A stretch of 64,000 bases of DNA, taken from IMG/VR virus record IMGVR_UViG_2529292751_000006, positions 32,001 to 96,000 of that record; one strand, 5' to 3'. The notes below the pieces were generated by a model. It was given only the letters and a program-made list of their open reading frames with translations. It was not told where the DNA came from and searched no databases. A program made the translations under genes and the position numbers. Source of the DNA: a virus (lineage: Duplodnaviria; Caudoviricetes). The stretch's first letter is position 1; each line of letters starts with the position of its first letter. Positions 10,691 to 21,700 of this stretch are shown piece by piece.

Positions 10691-13600
10691 CTAAATTTCA
10701 TGAATTTCTGTTGTATCTTCTAATAGCGATGGCGATACATTCAATTTCACATAATCGATTAGAATAGATCCTTTTCTTACATCTTTCGATTTATTTAATA
10801 TAATACTCATTTTGTGCACATTGGCTTGCAATTTTATAGGCTGCTTATAAACCATCCATTGAGATTGGTTTATTGGTACCAATGGAATTTCTTCCTTTTT
10901 ACCATTATCATATATTATTTCTATTCTGCCCAAGCTACGTTTTGTGGCTGTTTGCTCTTTGATTGCTTTTATCTCTAAACCATATTGTTTTGAAGATATT
11001 AAATGCCCAGGCAAAGTAATACCATATTCAGCTTCATTACTTATTCGTAATGCATAGTTATCGCCAGTCCCTAAGAATGTATTAATAACCTCATAGTCAC
11101 CTTTACTTATAGAACTGTCATAATAACCAATATGTTGATTATATAGAAACTCATGATTCGGAAGGATATTAAAGTTATCTTCCTGCTCACTTTCGTTATA
11201 AAATTCAATTATAGGAAGTGTTCCATATGATTTATGCTTTGCAACAGCTTGTTGTATTTCAGACTCACTAAATCCGTTTGGATTATCGTTTGACCTTAAA
11301 ATGCTTCTTGGTAGTCTGATAATGATAACTCCATTCTCCTGATAAGCTTCTCCATCAAAGTACCCAATATCCCAATGATATAATGATTCTTTATTTACTT
11401 GCTTAATAATTTCTCTTGATAAGGACTCGTCTAGTCCCCCACCTTTTGTTCTTGTATCAAGAATGGTTATGTTATCTTTTGATGTACTATTAGACTGTAG
11501 CATTACTTTTCCTAATCGAAGTAAAGTCGGGTTATATTTCTGGTCTTTTGGATTAAACCAAAACTCTTCATCTGTATGGAAAAGGACCTTTTTTCGGACG
11601 GATCCCGCTACAAGTTTACCATGCAAGCTAGGGTTAGCTAAGTCAACTAATCTAACTGCAGAAGGGCATATATACACATGAATTTGTTTTACTAGCAATT
11701 CAAGATTGCTAGTGCCTTCTTTCTTTACTTTAAATGGTTCTGTATCGCTTTCGATAGGAATCCATCGATGGAAACCATTTTCAGCTACTGCGTGACGATG
11801 GCCTGGTGTTGGATTTAAATCTAAATGGAAAAATGATTCATTCTTTTCAAAGCCCCGATATGTATACCATTCTTCTTTGTATGCATATTTTATATATACT
11901 TCATCTTGCTCCCCTATACGATCTAATAAATAAACAATTCCCTTCACTGCATCTACATCAGCTACTCGGAGATTCCGCTTATTATTCCCTCTAATTGAAT
12001 AGACTTCTAAATAACTAGTATTTTTTGGTGAGCTTAATATTATAGGAGCATATCTTGTTTGTATAGAATACTCATTTAATATCATAGGCTTTTCTTTATC
12101 CGTTAGCATAGTAGCGTTATTATAGAATTCCTGATTCGTATATTCTGGAAGGCTGAATTCTAAATCAACTTCCACGATATCATTTGGCGATTTAACCATT
12201 CCTAGTAACTGTGGATACGCAACGTATATTTCAGGTGGCTTTTCTAATGAATTTAGCTCATGATATGGCAAACGCAATCGTTTTAAAAACCTCCCACTTT
12301 TGATTCGAACATACCAATTCTCTTTCTCTATATTTTGCTGTTCAATTCTAGGCTTTTCAATTTCGATTTTCCTTTGCTCTTCTACTTTAATAGCAAATAA
12401 AGGGACTGCTGATAATTGTTGAAAAGTAGTCCACGCTACTACATCAACATGAATGGAAGGATTTATTTCACCTTTATCAGTTAATACGCTCTTTAATCGA
12501 AGGCGATTAACACCTATTTGATCTTGAAATTGATCCACCGGTAATCGAATAAATCCATTCTTAGTACATCTAAACCTGTAGTTAACTCGGTACTCTGCAT
12601 TCTCTACGGAAGCAGTTCCATCAGCGGATATACCGTTTACTTTTCCACGTTCAATTCGCAAACAGATTTCATCTAATGGTATATCCTTGGGTATCTCAAG
12701 GAATTGATAAACTCCTATATCACCAAATATCTCTATAATACTTTTAAGACCATCTGATTTTAATATTTCATTATCCTCTAACGTATAGGGTTTCCCTATT
12801 ACTCGTATCGGAGGAACTGTTGGAATAACCTTTAGTCTGTTTGGCTGCTCTAATTGAATAGAAACATTCTCTCCAGTTAATAGAACTGGTTCATTCCATA
12901 CGAAGTCTTTTACTGTCGATGGTATCTGCTCAGTAGGAAGAACACTTGGAACAGTGGAAATAGTATAGTGCCCATCTGCATGATATTCTATAAAGCCTGT
13001 TCCTTTTATTGTTAGGCCATTTTGTTTAGTTGTCCACTTGGACCTGACTATATTTCCGGTAATAGGATCATTAGAACGTCCATACACAAAGTGTGTTCTA
13101 GGGTCTATGCTAATAGTAAATTCGCCATCTGATTTTCCGTAATATGTGAAGACCTCATAGGTTGCCTCACCTAATTGTTTAGCCTTACTTTTAATTGATG
13201 CAGCCATCAAGTCTTCCACAGCATAATTAGAAAGTTTTTTATCTTTCGTATCTGTTAATAAGATATCTTTTTTCTCTGTACAAATCGTATCCACAATTAC
13301 GTCAGCCATTTTGAAATCATACCATAATGTATTTCTCTGAGAAGCAGAAAAAATACCATATGAGCCTTTTTGATGCGTGTTATCTTTTGCTTGGCAAACT
13401 AATTGTCCCAGTTCGTCTGATTCAGGATTATCAGAAATAAAAATACGGAACCAGTCACCAGTTACAACTACTGTTAATTTATAATCCTTTCCATGCTCCC
13501 AGCCTTTACTAGCATACGATTCAGCGGTATTTGTTATATCCTTAAATGAACAGTTGGTTTTATCTGTAGGATACCTACTTCCACTATTCCATGAATCTTG

Positions 13601-15667
13601 ATTCGGAGATGGTGGTAAAGCGCTTGGTAAAGCTTTTAGAATTCGCTTGTGATTCCTTCCAAATCCACTACTTAAATAAGCTTCTCTACTATTAGTTGTG
13701 TTCCACGTATTATTATTAACTGGACTAAAGGTTTTCATAGTAAAGCCGTATTCGTCAAGAATAACACGATCACATGGTTGTATTTTACCAGCAACATCTT
13801 TCCCATGTTCTTTCGTATAGGTTTTCTCTGCTGTTGATTTTTCATCTTTTTCCCAAACAAACATGTAATAGTTTTGTGCATCTTGTACTCGGAACATAAG
13901 TCCAATAGAATCATCATCAATAGAATCATCCATTTTTACTTTTACAGAAAATTGATAATCTGTTTTCTCCATCAGATTAATGGTTTTACCGTTAATCATT
14001 TCATTCCTTTGATAGAATCCACAAACATCATTTTGGTTCTCTAAATACTGAATTACATTCTTTTTCATAGATGCAATATAAGAATACTGCCACTTACTTA
14101 AATCATTAGAAATACCTATCGTAGACCATTTATTTTTATCTAGCACATCTAATACTTTCGTTTCTCTTTCTTTTTTAAATGCAACATCTGCACATACTTG
14201 CCAGTTTGTCTTATAATCCATCTTCTTTTCAGTAAAGCCTTGCCCGTTTGCTTCCCATGTAAATGCCCATTTTGTTTTTTGGCGCTCAGGGATAATCGTA
14301 CAACGATGAGGGATTGGTTCATTTTTAATCTTCACATTATCTTGAAGTGCATTTTTCCATGGTTTCACATTCAATTGTTTTACTTTTGCTTCCGCAGCGT
14401 GTGACATAACTTCATTGATCTGACTTTCAACTTCATTATTATCTACAATGGTTGTTATGTTATATAGAAGATTCCCTTTTCCATCTTCGATGAAGTATTT
14501 CGTATCCATCGGAACACTTGGTGTCCCCATTGGTAAAGATAGCTCAATCATATCTTTTGCATTTATTTTTCCGCCATCTAGAGATAATCCGATGTTCTTC
14601 CATTCGCCAGTGTATTCTTCTTTTTCATTTGTAAGCAATGCGTCGTAATTCATTACCCAATCCGTGATATGCCCAACACTTACTTGCATTTCTTTTCCAT
14701 CGTCATTTTTATATTTTGCAACAATTCGATGTGAAAAGATTTTAGGTGTTCGAGGATCGGATTCAGATCTTTGAGCAACAATTACTTTATGACCTTCCCC
14801 ATTACTATGAGGGACTACTGCAAAGATTTCTTTATCTGGAGCATCTATGGATGCTTGGCGAACCTCTTCTTCAGTTTTTTGGTCAAATGCACTTATGCCA
14901 TTGATAATTCGTAGCTTGCCACCTTCAAGCATTTGTCTGGATAGTTTATCTACTTGAACTTCATTATTTTTATCTGTATAAAACTCTATACTTTTTTCTA
15001 CAGCTTGTATGCTAGAATCTTTGACAATCTTATCTATGTGATTATAACGGATTTTAATTGTATTATTTTTGTCTGTATTCTTATGAAGATAGACCTGAAT
15101 ACTATAAATTCTTGGGTTTTCTTTATGTGGTAGTACATAGATATCATACTTGTAAGAATCATCTAGCAGGTTTCCATTCTCATCTGTTAATTCTATTTGC
15201 TGCCCTGTATATTTTTCTTTTTTAAACACACCATTTTCATTTGCGATGGCAGTTTTACTATCATAATGAAAATCTATTTCAAACTTATAATAAAGAGCAC
15301 TTTCAATCCTATATTCATTCTTTTTGAATTTCCGAGTAACATTAATCTTATTACTTGGAAAGACTCCTTTAGGTGGACGAGGTTTTATTTCATCTTCATT
15401 AACAATATCAACGTATTCCAATTCCCCTGCTTCATTTGCAACCACAATGGATTCTAGTTGATCTTTTGTGATTACATTATCAGCTGTATATGAAGTATCA
15501 ATCAGTGATAAGTTCTCTTCAATTTGTACTTTGGGTACATGAATATAAGCTAAATTAACATCACCTTCCGGTACCTCTTTTCCTAAGCGCATCGAATAGG
15601 TATTATTAGAGAGCTTGCTCTTATAATCTTGCAAATCTAATCCCTGTCTTTCTCTTTCAAGAGACAT
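10691..15667 (-). CDS. Large fibre/adhesin protein (about 1658 aa) with thrombospondin C-terminal-like lectin domain and C-terminal CBM-like domain
   Basis: Start moved to ATG 15667 (MSLERE; AGGAGG at 15675-15680). DDDSIGLMFRVQDAQNYYMFVWEK resembles TSP_[24 protein letters not shown]. The C-terminal NILPNHEF...YALRIS...IDYVKL is CBM4/9-like. Confidence 0.75.
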   Translation of the reverse strand: MSLERERQGLDLQDYKSKLSNNTYSMRLGKEVPEGDVNLAYIHVPKVQIEENLSLIDTSYTADNVITKDQLESIVVANEAGELEYVDIVNEDEIKPRPPKGVFPSNKINVTRKFKKNEYRIESALYYKFEIDFHYDSKTAIANENGVFKKEKYTGQQIELTDENGNLLDDSYKYDIYVLPHKENPRIYSIQVYLHKNTDKNNTIKIRYNHIDKIVKDSSIQAVEKSIEFYTDKNNEVQVDKLSRQMLEGGKLRIINGISAFDQKTEEEVRQASIDAPDKEIFAVVPHSNGEGHKVIVAQRSESDPRTPKIFSHRIVAKYKNDDGKEMQVSVGHITDWVMNYDALLTNEKEEYTGEWKNIGLSLDGGKINAKDMIELSLPMGTPSVPMDTKYFIEDGKGNLLYNITTIVDNNEVESQINEVMSHAAEAKVKQLNVKPWKNALQDNVKIKNEPIPHRCTIIPERQKTKWAFTWEANGQGFTEKKMDYKTNWQVCADVAFKKERETKVLDVLDKNKWSTIGISNDLSKWQYSYIASMKKNVIQYLENQNDVCGFYQRNEMINGKTINLMEKTDYQFSVKVKMDDSIDDDSIGLMFRVQDAQNYYMFVWEKDEKSTAEKTYTKEHGKDVAGKIQPCDRVILDEYGFTMKTFSPVNNNTWNTTNSREAYLSSGFGRNHKRILKALPSALPPSPNQDSWNSGSRYPTDKTNCSFKDITNTAESYASKGWEHGKDYKLTVVVTGDWFRIFISDNPESDELGQLVCQAKDNTHQKGSYGIFSASQRNTLWYDFKMADVIVDTICTEKKDILLTDTKDKKLSNYAVEDLMAASIKSKAKQLGEATYEVFTYYGKSDGEFTISIDPRTHFVYGRSNDPITGNIVRSKWTTKQNGLTIKGTGFIEYHADGHYTISTVPSVLPTEQIPSTVKDFVWNEPVLLTGENVSIQLEQPNRLKVIPTVPPIRVIGKPYTLEDNEILKSDGLKSIIEIFGDIGVYQFLEIPKDIPLDEICLRIERGKVNGISADGTASVENAEYRVNYRFRCTKNGFIRLPVDQFQDQIGVNRLRLKSVLTDKGEINPSIHVDVVAWTTFQQLSAVPLFAIKVEEQRKIEIEKPRIEQQNIEKENWYVRIKSGRFLKRLRLPYHELNSLEKPPEIYVAYPQLLGMVKSPNDIVEVDLEFSLPEYTNQEFYNNATMLTDKEKPMILNEYSIQTRYAPIILSSPKNTSYLEVYSIRGNNKRNLRVADVDAVKGIVYLLDRIGEQDEVYIKYAYKEEWYTYRGFEKNESFFHLDLNPTPGHRHAVAENGFHRWIPIESDTEPFKVKKEGTSNLELLVKQIHVYICPSAVRLVDLANPSLHGKLVAGSVRKKVLFHTDEEFWFNPKDQKYNPTLLRLGKVMLQSNSTSKDNITILDTRTKGGGLDESLSREIIKQVNKESLYHWDIGYFDGEAYQENGVIIIRLPRSILRSNDNPNGFSESEIQQAVAKHKSYGTLPIIEFYNESEQEDNFNILPNHEFLYNQHIGYYDSSISKGDYEVINTFLGTGDNYALRISNEAEYGITLPGHLISSKQYGLEIKAIKEQTATKRSLGRIEIIYDNGKKEEIPLVPINQSQWMVYKQPIKLQANVHKMSIILNKSKDVRKGSILIDYVKLNVSPSLLEDTTEIHEI

Positions 15668-15708
15668 GAAAGAACCTCCTTTTATATGAGAAAAAGCCAA
15701 AGGGGAAA

Positions 15709-18700
15709 TTATCCCCCTATGACTTTTATATATACATAGCTTGCTGCTTGCTCAAAGCCCATATCATATGAGACTTTAATCATAACTTCACCATGCTTTT
15801 CTTTTAATCCACTTAATATGAACTCAGCTTGTCCAAAATCATTTGTTATGACTTCTTTCTTACGTGCATTCCCATGTGTATCCCTATATTCAATATTTAT
15901 TTTCTTATCTTTCATAACAGGAGTCCAACTAGAATCTCTTAATGTCATTTTAATAGTCGAATAATCGTCTACACCTGATAAGATAGCCAACTTAGGAGCA
16001 ACCACATCAATATAGAATCTTTCTTTTTTATTTTCAGCGTAATAGTTTAATAACAACTCTTTTCGCAGATCATTGCATTCTATACGGTATATACTAATCA
16101 AACCCTTTGGTGGAATTGGTGTATCGTAGATGTACACCTCACCTGCTTCATTAGTAATAAACTCCGCATCTATTGGCTTATCGTCCCGATAAATTTTCAC
16201 TATTTTATTCGGACAAGGATTATTGTATTTGTCTAAAATACTAACAGTTACAAGAACTTTTTCCTTCCCTGAATTAGAGATTGTTTTGTCTGATAAGTGA
16301 GCTTGTATTACTTTTGCATCCTGCTCTCCTGCTTCAGATAGATACAAGAATCCAGTGTGATTATGAGTTAATAAAGGATTTAAAGCAATCTCTTTCGCAC
16401 GATAGAAAGGTGTCTCTTTTGCTGACTCATAAATGACTTTCATATTTTTCATGTTATTTTCTTCATAGTTATTGTGTAAAATAATTCGAGCTGAATCGGT
16501 TTCTAAGTCTGCATTTATATCAAGGATATAGCTGTATAACAAAATGTAATGCACTTCTATTATATCAGTTACATTAATTTCTTTCATAAATTCAATAGCT
16601 GAAACTTCTTCATGAAAAATCAAATCATTTGCTTCAACAAGACTTCCATTTAGATAAACCTTTAACGTTTCTTTATCGATACCTTTGTAGTTCAAATAAT
16701 ATTTGGCATATCCATTTCCATGAAATACTTCTTTATTTTCTAACGTTAAATTCCAGTTATCATCATAGAATGTTACTTTCCTCAAGGTATTATCCTGATT
16801 ATCCTGCACGATGACTGGACACCCTTGCTGTGGCCTTGGTTGAATCATAATGCTATTGTTTTTATCTGGAGTCACTATATATTCTTTTTTCTCTGCATAC
16901 AAGTAATGCTCCCTTTCTTGATGATAATAATATCCATTGTGTATAAGTGGATGCCAAGGCAGCGGTCTAGCCTTTTTCACTTGAGCAAATAGTTTATAGC
17001 CCAGATAAGGTGTTAAGTATTTAGGATGGATGCGTTCAAAATCTTTACCCGGCCTAGACCAGTGTAAACGAATAACCGCTTGTCCTACATTATCAAAGAA
17101 ATTCGCTCTAATTGGATACCACTTACCGCCCTCCATATATACAGAAGCTTCATAAGAAGGGAAGAAGTCTTCAGCTGAAGTAATATGCCATTCATTGATA
17201 AGTAATTTATCAGCAATCCATAATCTAAATCCGTCGTTTACTTGCGCTTTAAAACGATAATATCCTGTTTGTGGAGCATAAATATATCCATTCCAGCTTA
17301 CAGTAAATCCGTCATTTGGATCTGACTCTGTTGGTGGCTGAAGTACCGGAATCGTTGGCTCATTCTTAAAAGGATATTTATTTTGATTCGGATCAGGGAT
17401 AGGTGGATTTTGTCCCCTTACTGTTGCAAATAATTTTGATTGACCATATGCAGTCATCTTAGGTTTTTCAGATGGCTTCCATTGTGCAATCCTACACATT
17501 AAGTTAACCCATATCTTCATTTCATTATCACTTAATTGCTGTCTAAAACGCCCATCGCATTGATATGTACTATCTCCAGCTTCTGAATAATACACATTAT
17601 CAACATAGCTTAACCATGGTCGATTTTCATGAGCAAACTTATATATAGGTATCCCATTTAAACACTGGTTCCAGTGACTGACACTTACGTCAATTGTTCC
17701 TGTAAGCGGGTACGGATAACTGAATGACGGGTCAATCAACGTAATTTTATCACCACGTGTATATGGCTCGGCATTAGCCTTCTTAAACCCAAACTCTTCA
17801 AGTAATTTAATTGTATTTTTAATATTACCAGATATCGTATCATGACTAAATATGATTACTTTATTAGATGATGCTTTAAACTTACGTACAAAATCAATCA
17901 TATCATCTGAAAAATCTGTACCTGCATTACAATCCGCAGGAGTAAATGTAAGCACATCAAAATCCTCGACTTTATATTTATTCCAGTTTTGGTACACGTC
18001 TTGCACTATCTCGATGCTTTTTGATATATCAAAGTTGCCATATCTTTTAACAGCTTCTTGGATAGATGTATGGCCGAGAGGATTTATTTCTAGAACAGAT
18101 GGAGACAATTCTAAAACTCTAATCTTTTGAAATTCCTTAAAGTAAACTTCGTAATCACTTGCATCATTTCTTATAAAGTATTCTGTAGATACAACAAAAC
18201 GTGGTTCTAATTTTACTGACTGACAGAAGCTCAAATATTCTTTTTCGAACTTTTCTTTCATGATTTCTTCATCTAATTCAAGTTCATAGAAAGCTTCTTC
18301 TCCTTCAATTAGCTTGCGCTTTTTAGTGAATTGAAGATGTTTTCTAAATCCAGGGCGCTCTTTTGGCGTTACTCTCTTATAAGTCTGCAACCAAAAATTC
18401 CAAAAATACGTGTCTGGATTTGAATACGTAATTGGCCCCCATGCACCTGATTTATAAGTGTCTTCTTTATCAATAGCCTCAAGTTTTAATTTACCGTCAA
18501 CATAAACCTGAAACTTATTTCCGATTACACTAACTTTCACATCATGAGTATAAAACTTACGATTAGGAATCGGCTTATTATCTGAGCCATCTGGATCCCA
18601 CCATTCTGGGTCATGTACTAAGCGTACTTTACTAAAATTCAAGTGTCCTTTTCCTACTTGATCTGGATTTTTACAAGTTAACTTATAAATAGCCATACCA

Positions 18701-21700
18701 TTGACTCCTGCCCCGCCTGAATCCCATTCAAAGGAATAGCCTGAGCATGTTTGAGGATCAAATCTAAATACACATCCATAAAGGTCATCATCCCATAATG
18801 TTCTGGATTCTACTTTAAATGAAAAAGCATAATCTTTTAATTCCACATGTTTTGGGTTATACCAACCAGAATAATATCCTTGGTTAATTAAATTGATTAC
18901 TTTATCATATCCTTCTTCAGGTGGTCCATGCCAGTCACCAGGTCCATCAATATGATTTCCCTTCGTATCAAATACCTTATCAGGATGTTGATCCCATTGC
19001 TTCCACTCACCTGTGAAATTTGATATATCAATTGCATTTCCGACTGGATACACGACTTCCATATCTACATCAACATCAAATTGAATATCTTCAGGTAAGA
19101 ACATAGACATAGCGCTAAAGGTTTCATCTGCATGGAGTTTCTTAGGTGAACGATATCCCCAGTTAAAACATAAAGAACCTTCATAGAATGGATCATTGTA
19201 ATTTGGATTTTCTTTCTTCACTGGAATATCCTCTTGAAAATCTAATTGAGTGTATTTTTTCTCTCCTAGATAATTACGTTTAGTAGGATCATGAAGCTCA
19301 TCTATATGATATGACTGAAAATGAACCCAATCATATAAATTTAATATATCCTTATTAATTGTAAGAGTATGGTCTTTTATTTCATACTTTTTACTATCTA
19401 ATAGAATCCCATTCAAATAGATTTCTTTATAGCTACCCAGCTCGTTAATCTGAAACACACTATGTATAGACCCTGTTGCATATCTGATACTAATCGTACC
19501 AGGACGTATTCCGCTGCCATGTAATATTACAACATCATCTTCTAATGTCCATCCATTATTCTTATCTTGTGTGATAAGGGTATTGCCTACTTTTACATGA
19601 AGTATTTTAAATGCCCCACTTGCTTGAACTGGAATTTCAATTTTATCCATGTAGGATTTAATTTCATAGGATTGTGTCCATTCTTGATAATCACCTTGTA
19701 CTTGCCATTTTTGTTCATAGGCTTGTGAAGTTAATGGGAATCTGTAGTATGAGCCAAATAAGCCATCTTCTTTTCCTTTCTTCTCTTCAATCCAAACCTT
19801 TATAAACTCATTATTACTTGTTACTTCAATTCGCTCTATGAATGTGTTGTCAGGGTCATAGTCTTTTGCGACATTAGAATCATAAGGATTCAGTTCTAAT
19901 GGATTTTCTACAACGGTAATGTCACTCATATTAGCTTGTAAAGTTTCTTTCGATTCGACCCAATTAGAGTACCAATCTGTATACCAGTTGTATGCATCAG
20001 TATGATTTGAAAAGAAATCTAACTTTGTTCCCTTTGGATTCAATTTATATTTCACCCTAGGATCATTAGGAAATTCTTTGTCATATATATCAATAAACGG
20101 ACCTTTTAATGTCTCCATATCTAGATTATCAGGGAAGAATACAACTTCTGTAGATACATTAACCATATCAGCTTTTCCTGATCCATCTCCAAAGAACGGT
20201 CTTTTTCCGTTTACTTTTCCATATCCAATATACTTACCAGAAGACCAAGGAACCCAGCGTGGATTCTCTTTACAATGGATAACAATATTATCATTCTCAT
20301 TAGATGTTAATACAATTGGCATGCCAGATTTCCCCTCTTGTGCAAGAGATTCTGGTCGTTTATCTGCTGATTCTGTTGTTAATGTTGGGTTGCTTTCATA
20401 CCACATTACAACATCAGCGCTATTTGAAAAAGCATCCAATAAAAAGTGAACAACTTCGAAAGTATCAGGCATCTTATCTTCTTTATCAATAGGGTGATAG
20501 AAATGCTCAGGGCATGGTGGAATATGAGAAATCAAATCCTTATCACTTGTTATAATGCCAGAGTTTTTTATATCTGCTGGGAAAATAGCTTTATACCATT
20601 CTGTTGTTTTTGCAATGACTTTTGTCCCTACTGGAATCCTGTCGAAATCATCTCTGTTTGCCCATTTTACTTTATCGTACTTAGGGTTTATTGTAGCTTC
20701 AATTGGTGTCATTTTATAATATGTCCACTTGTTCGGTTTAAAGGAAGCTAATGGATTAAATGTTACCCATCCGTTATATGCAAACACTTTTTCTTCAAAA
20801 GTCTTCTTTAATTTTTCGATTGGGAACGTGCAACTCCACATGACTAATCTAATTCCATCAAAATCAAAATCATCCCAACATTCATCAATAATTTCATCAG
20901 GTGGTTTTACTACTGGATCATCAATCCTACATCCACCATCTGATTCTTCTGGCTCCACATCTGGCGGAACAGGTTTAGGCTTCTTAACTGGCTTAACTAA
21001 TTCGTATTTTTCTTTTTTATTAATGTAGTCCTCTCGATTAAAGAATTCATTATAATCATCTCTAAATACTTTTTTGATGTCATCAAACACTACTAGAGCT
21101 GTATTGAAATCTCTATGATCAGGGGTGACTTCTACTATTCCACATCGCACATAACATTTTGCATATTTTTTGCCTGCATCAGGTGGATTGTTATTCCGTG
21201 CGATAATCTGTCCTGTTCTCCCGGTAATAATTAGCGTTCCAGTTTTAGGATTTACTACCTGTCCATTTATGTCATCCATAATAAATTCTGGTAGATTCAT
21301 ATTTTCCCTAACATAATCCTGTGCATTATTCGCAAGGATTTGATCACCTATCCCATTGAACTCAAAATATTCACTATAGTTCTGAGGGAATCTGCCGCTA
21401 TGATCTTTCCAAGTAGTGTAATCTTTAGCGTGTACTGTGATTGGACCATTTCTACCTGCGACATCTATCGTTCCATTTTCAGCAACTCTTGTGTATCCGT
21501 TTATATAAAAGATATCGACATCGCCATACCTTACATTGGCTGCGTCACACTTTCGTCTGAATCCAACATCATTATCTACATACCATGCTGCTACATCTGC
21601 TATCCTTTTATTTGGTTCATCAGTTGTATGCCATCCGGATTCAGGGATACGTCCTTCAATAATCTTGTATTCCGTAACTTTAACACCATGGAATTCACAA

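Noticed and set aside
15698-15718. Hairpin GGGGA-TAATT-TCCCC at the end of the 2392-aa gene
   Set aside because: Short stem and short U-tract; too weak to call a terminator.
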